From the NCBI GenBank assembly GCA_005879805.1, contig VBKL01000048.1, positions 1,310 through 65,309 on the forward strand: DNA of 64,000 nt, read 5' to 3'. Position 1 is the first letter of the stretch. Every line of letters begins with the position of its first letter. Positions 60,152 to 64,000 of this stretch are shown piece by piece. A model generated the notes under the pieces. It was not told the origin of the DNA and made no database searches. It saw only the letters and a list, made by a program, of their open reading frames with translations. The position numbers and the translations under genes are program-made. Source of the stretch: Deltaproteobacteria bacterium. GTDB lineage: Bacteria; Myxococcota; Myxococcia; Myxococcales; 40CM-4-68-19.

Positions 60152-61474
60152 CTACGGCAGCGTTTCCAAGCGCCCGATCGCCACCGGTAGAACCACATCG
60201 TGCCCGGCGGCGCGCAGCCGTACCCGGAACCCGTTCCCCGGCGTGAGCAGGCCGGGAGAACCGTCGAACACCACTCCTACGCCGCCCTCCGGAACGAGAT
60301 CCAGCTTGAAGGTCGCGATTGCGTCTCCGGGAGCGAGCGCCGCGTCGGCGGGGCCGCCGACCGAGGTGGGTTTCTGTGCGATGCCGAGCGCCAGTGTACC
60401 CGTCAACGGACCCGTGGCGGGCAGCACCAGAGCGACTGCGGGAGTCGGCGATCCGGTGACCGGATCGAGCTTTCCCACCCCCAGCTCCGGCGCATTCGAG
60501 CCGGCGAGCGCGTGGAGCGAAACGCGGGCGCTGCCGTCGCGAGAGCCTGCCACCGTCCCGTCGAGGGGCAGGTTGAGCGCGATCGCCGACAGCGAAGGCA
60601 GCGCGGCGGTCGCCACCAGCTTCAAGACCGCTTGCGCCGGCGTGCTTGCCGGGTCGGCGACGAGGCGCAATGCCTCGTCTCCCGCGAGAGGATCGGTGTA
60701 GGCGAGAGCGGTCGAGAGGGCGCCCGACACGGTCACCGCCCTGTTCGCCGTCGAGTTGCCGAGCACGTTGGTCGCGGTGAGCGTGTACGTCGTGTCGTGG
60801 AGCGGGCGGACGCGCAGGCTGTGCAAGGAGCCCACCGCGAAGGTGGTCGTGCCGTCGGTCACCGTGAACGTTCGCGCGAAGCTCGCCGTCCAGCGCAGGA
60901 ACGTCGAGGTGCCGCGCGGCACGCTCGGCAGGTCGGCGGTGAAGCTCGTCACGAGCGGACGCGCCCCGACCCGTACCCGGACCGAAGCGGTCGAAGATCC
61001 GAGCGCGCTCTGGACGGTGAGCACGTAGGTGGTGTCGCCTTGCGGATTCGTCCGCAGCGTCGTCTGGGCGGGCGCCACGGCGGTTCCGTTCACCGACGAG
61101 GAGGTGGCGGGAATGGCGAGCTTCCAGCGCAACTCGACGGCGCCTCCTGCCTCCACCTCGTCAGGGAAGGCGGCGAAGCTCGAGATGGCGCTCTGCACGA
61201 CGTTCACCTGCACCGCCTGGGAAGCCGTGGACCCGTGCGAGTTGGTGGCATGCAGCACGTACGAGGTGGTCGCCTGCGGCGAGACCGTCGCCGAGCTTCC
61301 CGTCACCGTGCCGGGCTGCGGATCGATCTCGATCTTGCGGGCTCCCTCGACGTTCCAGCTGAGCGTGACCGAATCGCCTCGCAGGATCCGGTCCCGATCG
61401 ACGGTGAAGGAGTGGATGGACGGCGCACCGCCGCAGGCGCCGCAGAGCGCGGCGAGGACGAGGACGCGCTTCAA
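60152..61474 (-). CDS. Lipoprotein with three Ig/PKD-like repeats and a C-terminal beta-rich domain
   Basis: LCGACGG lipobox; three I.SF.A......G....L.W.....TTY.LT..N/S..G repeats; TTGA overlap with the upstream gene. Confidence 0.75.
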   Translation of the reverse strand: MKRVLVLAALCGACGGAPSIHSFTVDRDRILRGDSVTLSWNVEGARKIEIDPQPGTVTGSSATVSPQATTSYVLHATNSHGSTASQAVQVNVVQSAISSFAAFPDEVEAGGAVELRWKLAIPATSSSVNGTAVAPAQTTLRTNPQGDTTYVLTVQSALGSSTASVRVRVGARPLVTSFTADLPSVPRGTSTFLRWTASFARTFTVTDGTTTFAVGSLHSLRVRPLHDTTYTLTATNVLGNSTANRAVTVSGALSTALAYTDPLAGDEALRLVADPASTPAQAVLKLVATAALPSLSAIALNLPLDGTVAGSRDGSARVSLHALAGSNAPELGVGKLDPVTGSPTPAVALVLPATGPLTGTLALGIAQKPTSVGGPADAALAPGDAIATFKLDLVPEGGVGVVFDGSPGLLTPGNGFRVRLRAAGHDVVLPVAIGRLETLP

Positions 61475-64000
61475 GGCCGTCCCCCGAATCGGGCGAGGAA
61501 GGCGGCGAGATCGGCGTCGTCGATCTGGTTGGACGTCCCCACCAGATCGGCCTCCGGCGGGTAGGAAGGGCTCGTGCTGCTAGTCCCGAGCGCGGACGTC
61601 AGATCGATGAGATCGAACCCGTCGAGCTTCTGATCGAAGTCGAGGTCGCCCTTCCCGCGCGCCCCCGCGGCAATTCCGCCCGCGGTGGGATTGAGCTGCC
61701 ACACCCCGCGGCCGTAGGTCCCGACCACCAGGCTCGCGCCGTCCTCGGAAACGCAGATGTCGGTGACCTTGACGAAGGGAAGCCCGAAATCGCGGGTGAA
61801 GGTCGCTCCGTGATCGGTCGACTTGTAGAGGCCGATGAAGGTGCCGACGTAGAGCACGTTGGGATCGTTCGGATCTCCTTTCAGGCTCTCGATGGGGACG
61901 TTGGGCAGCGTTCCGCCTCCGGTCACCGATTGCCAGCTCTGTCCGCCGTCGCTCGTGAAGAAGAGGTGGCCGTAGTCGTCCGGCACGGGCTGGGTGGGCG
62001 GGTTAGCGGCCAACGACGGCGTGGCGTCGAACACGTCGGGTTGATCGCTCGCGGCCCAGAAACGCGTGCCGGTCGGATCGGTCGGATCGAACGCCAGGCC
62101 CGTCGCGCCTTTGATGCCGGTGACCCGTCGCTGCGGATTCGTCCCGAGGACGTTCGCTCCGTTCCACGTGGTTCCCCCGTCCGGCGTCACGAAGATTCCG
62201 CCGTGCGAGGCGCTCACCGCGTACACGCCCGCGGCCCGCGGATGCGTGAAGAGGAGATGGAAGACGGCCCTTCCGCCCGCGTAGTTCTTGAAAAGCGCTC
62301 CGGTCGTTCCGTCGGGGCTGTGGACCCGGGTGCCGTTGATCGGGGTCCAGGCGTCTGCCCCGACCGAGCGGTAGATGACGCTGTCGGGCGGATCGGTGAA
62401 GGTGAGGAAGGTCTGCCCGTCCGCGGCCGCGTCGTCGGAGGCGATCCGCACGAAGAAGGGAATGGCGGGCGAACCGGCCGCGGGAAGGCCGGGCTTGAAG
62501 AGGATGAAGCTGCCCGGCAGGCCACCCGAGCCGCTGCGGAGCGGTCCTCGCAGCGGAGAGGAGCTGAGGACGGCAGCGGGAGTGGCGCCCGAGATGGCGC
62601 GGCTCACCGCGACGCCGACGGCGTCTCCCCCGGCGGACTGATCGAAGGTGCTCGGGCCCGAGGCCGTCGCGAGATTCCGCACCCGGGTGCCGTTGTCCTG
62701 CATCCCGGCGACCACGAAGCCCGGATTCGCCGACCACTCCGGCGTGCCCTTCGCGCAGGCCACCTGGTACACGAGGTGGCTCACCACGCCCACGTTCATC
62801 TGATCGGAGACGTGGACCTGCGCCGCGGGGACGGTCGTCGCGTCGGTGGAAGCGAAGAGCCCGCCATCGGTCCCGAAGTACAGGGTCTTCTGGCCGGCCA
62901 TCCCGAACACCATCGCGTGATGGTCGGAGTGGACGTAGGGCAGCCCCGAGCCGGAGAAGGCAGGCAGCCAGTCTCCGACGAGCGACCAGGTCATGCCGCC
63001 GTCCTGGGATCGCGCGGCGGCGAACATGCCGCCGATGAAGAGCGTGTTGGGATCTTCGGGATCGACGGCGATCGCCTGGTTGTAGCTGGCTTGCTGCTGG
63101 AGCAGATCGAGGTTCCGCTGCACGTCGATCGGGTTGTCGGGCGCGCGCGTCGCATTCACGCCCAGCGCAATGAACGTCTTGCCACCGTCCTCCGAACGGT
63201 AGAGGTCCTTCTGGAAGGCGCCGGTCGCGTTCGCGCCGGCAGCGAGCAGGAAGACCCGCGAGGTTTCGCCGGACACGGCGGTGCTCGGCGCCACCGCGAG
63301 CGAGGCGCGGAAGATCTGCGGCGCCTCTCCGGGGGGGAGGCCGTTCGAGATGTCCGACCAGGTCTGGCCGTCGTCGAAGGAGCGCCATAGCCCAAGCGTC
63401 CCCTGCGTGCCTCCCGCGGATCGGTCGAAGAGCTGTCCGGAAGCGAGCCACGTCCCCGGACCCGCCCAGGCCACCGACCACATCGCCGCGGTGGCGGTCG
63501 CGCTGGCGAGTGGCAGCGGCGCCTGCTTCGGAGCGGAGACGCCGTCCCAGACGAAGAGGCCCACGTCGGTCGCGACGAGGACGTGGGCGTTCGCGACCGG
63601 ATCTACGGCGATGTCCCGCACCGACTGCGCCGTGGCCGGCTTGCCGGCGTTGGTGGCCACCGCTTGCACCGGACCTTCCCAGGACAGCCCGCCGTCGAGG
63701 GAGCGGAAGAGGCCCGGCTGCTTGGTGTCGAAGGGATCGCCGAGGCCGAGGTAGAGGATGTCGGGGGCCTGGGGATCCATCGCCAGGGCGCCGATCGCCG
63801 TCGAGCCGAGCTTCTGATCGGTGATGGGCTCCCAGGAGCGGCCTCCATCAAAAGTCTTCCAGACGCCTCCGCCCGCGGTGGCGAGGTAGAGGATGCCCGG
63901 CTCGGTCGGGTGCGGGACGATGCTGCGCACGCGGCCCGAGTCCTGCGCCTGGAAGACGACGCCGTTGAACTGGACGTCGGAGCGGGTCGGTCCGAGGTTC
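61471..64000 (-). CDS. BNR/Asp-box beta-propeller protein with C-terminal dockerin-like domain (5' end outside window)
   Basis: Eight S/T.DGG..W-type Asp boxes; tail GDLDFDQKLDGFDLIDL...ADLVGTSNQIDDADLAAFL; frame stays open to 64000. Confidence 0.8.
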   Translation of the reverse strand, partial: NLGPTRSDVQFNGVVFQAQDSGRVRSIVPHPTEPGILYLATAGGGVWKTFDGGRSWEPITDQKLGSTAIGALAMDPQAPDILYLGLGDPFDTKQPGLFRSLDGGLSWEGPVQAVATNAGKPATAQSVRDIAVDPVANAHVLVATDVGLFVWDGVSAPKQAPLPLASATATAAMWSVAWAGPGTWLASGQLFDRSAGGTQGTLGLWRSFDDGQTWSDISNGLPPGEAPQIFRASLAVAPSTAVSGETSRVFLLAAGANATGAFQKDLYRSEDGGKTFIALGVNATRAPDNPIDVQRNLDLLQQQASYNQAIAVDPEDPNTLFIGGMFAAARSQDGGMTWSLVGDWLPAFSGSGLPYVHSDHHAMVFGMAGQKTLYFGTDGGLFASTDATTVPAAQVHVSDQMNVGVVSHLVYQVACAKGTPEWSANPGFVVAGMQDNGTRVRNLATASGPSTFDQSAGGDAVGVAVSRAISGATPAAVLSSSPLRGPLRSGSGGLPGSFILFKPGLPAAGSPAIPFFVRIASDDAAADGQTFLTFTDPPDSVIYRSVGADAWTPINGTRVHSPDGTTGALFKNYAGGRAVFHLLFTHPRAAGVYAVSASHGGIFVTPDGGTTWNGANVLGTNPQRRVTGIKGATGLAFDPTDPTGTRFWAASDQPDVFDATPSLAANPPTQPVPDDYGHLFFTSDGGQSWQSVTGGGTLPNVPIESLKGDPNDPNVLYVGTFIGLYKSTDHGATFTRDFGLPFVKVTDICVSEDGASLVVGTYGRGVWQLNPTAGGIAAGARGKGDLDFDQKLDGFDLIDLTSALGTSSTSPSYPPEADLVGTSNQIDDADLAAFLARFGGRP

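Overview
High-GC (roughly 70% by eye) chromosomal segment. Gene content points to a myxobacterium/Anaeromyxobacter-like deltaproteobacterium (inference): Hanks kinase with tandem-FHA proteins, several ECF sigmas, a LipB-Nudix fusion and Cys-rich lipoproteins. It is mostly housekeeping and accessory metabolism: rel, ridA, aguA, mutS2, treY/malQ, rnr, queD-folE-SDR-glcD, a 2-oxoacid dehydrogenase/lipoate cluster, thiC, S46 peptidase, lhr, ccsA, and secreted/surface proteins at both ends. I found no tRNA, rRNA, transposase, integrase or CRISPR-Cas locus. Four things stand out. (1) A dispersed family of ~50-bp intergenic multi-hairpin repeats at five loci, including a 6 x 53-bp tandem array; its stems show compensatory base changes and mostly GNA-type loops on one strand. 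(2) A putative pterin operon headed by a LipB-NudB-like fusion. (3) A possible dockerin/cohesin-like surface pair at the right end. (4) Four genes (an ECF sigma, glcD, lipB, thiC) with internal deletions of conserved cores, which may be assembly artefacts rather than biology. All product calls come from recognising motifs by eye; no database searches were run.
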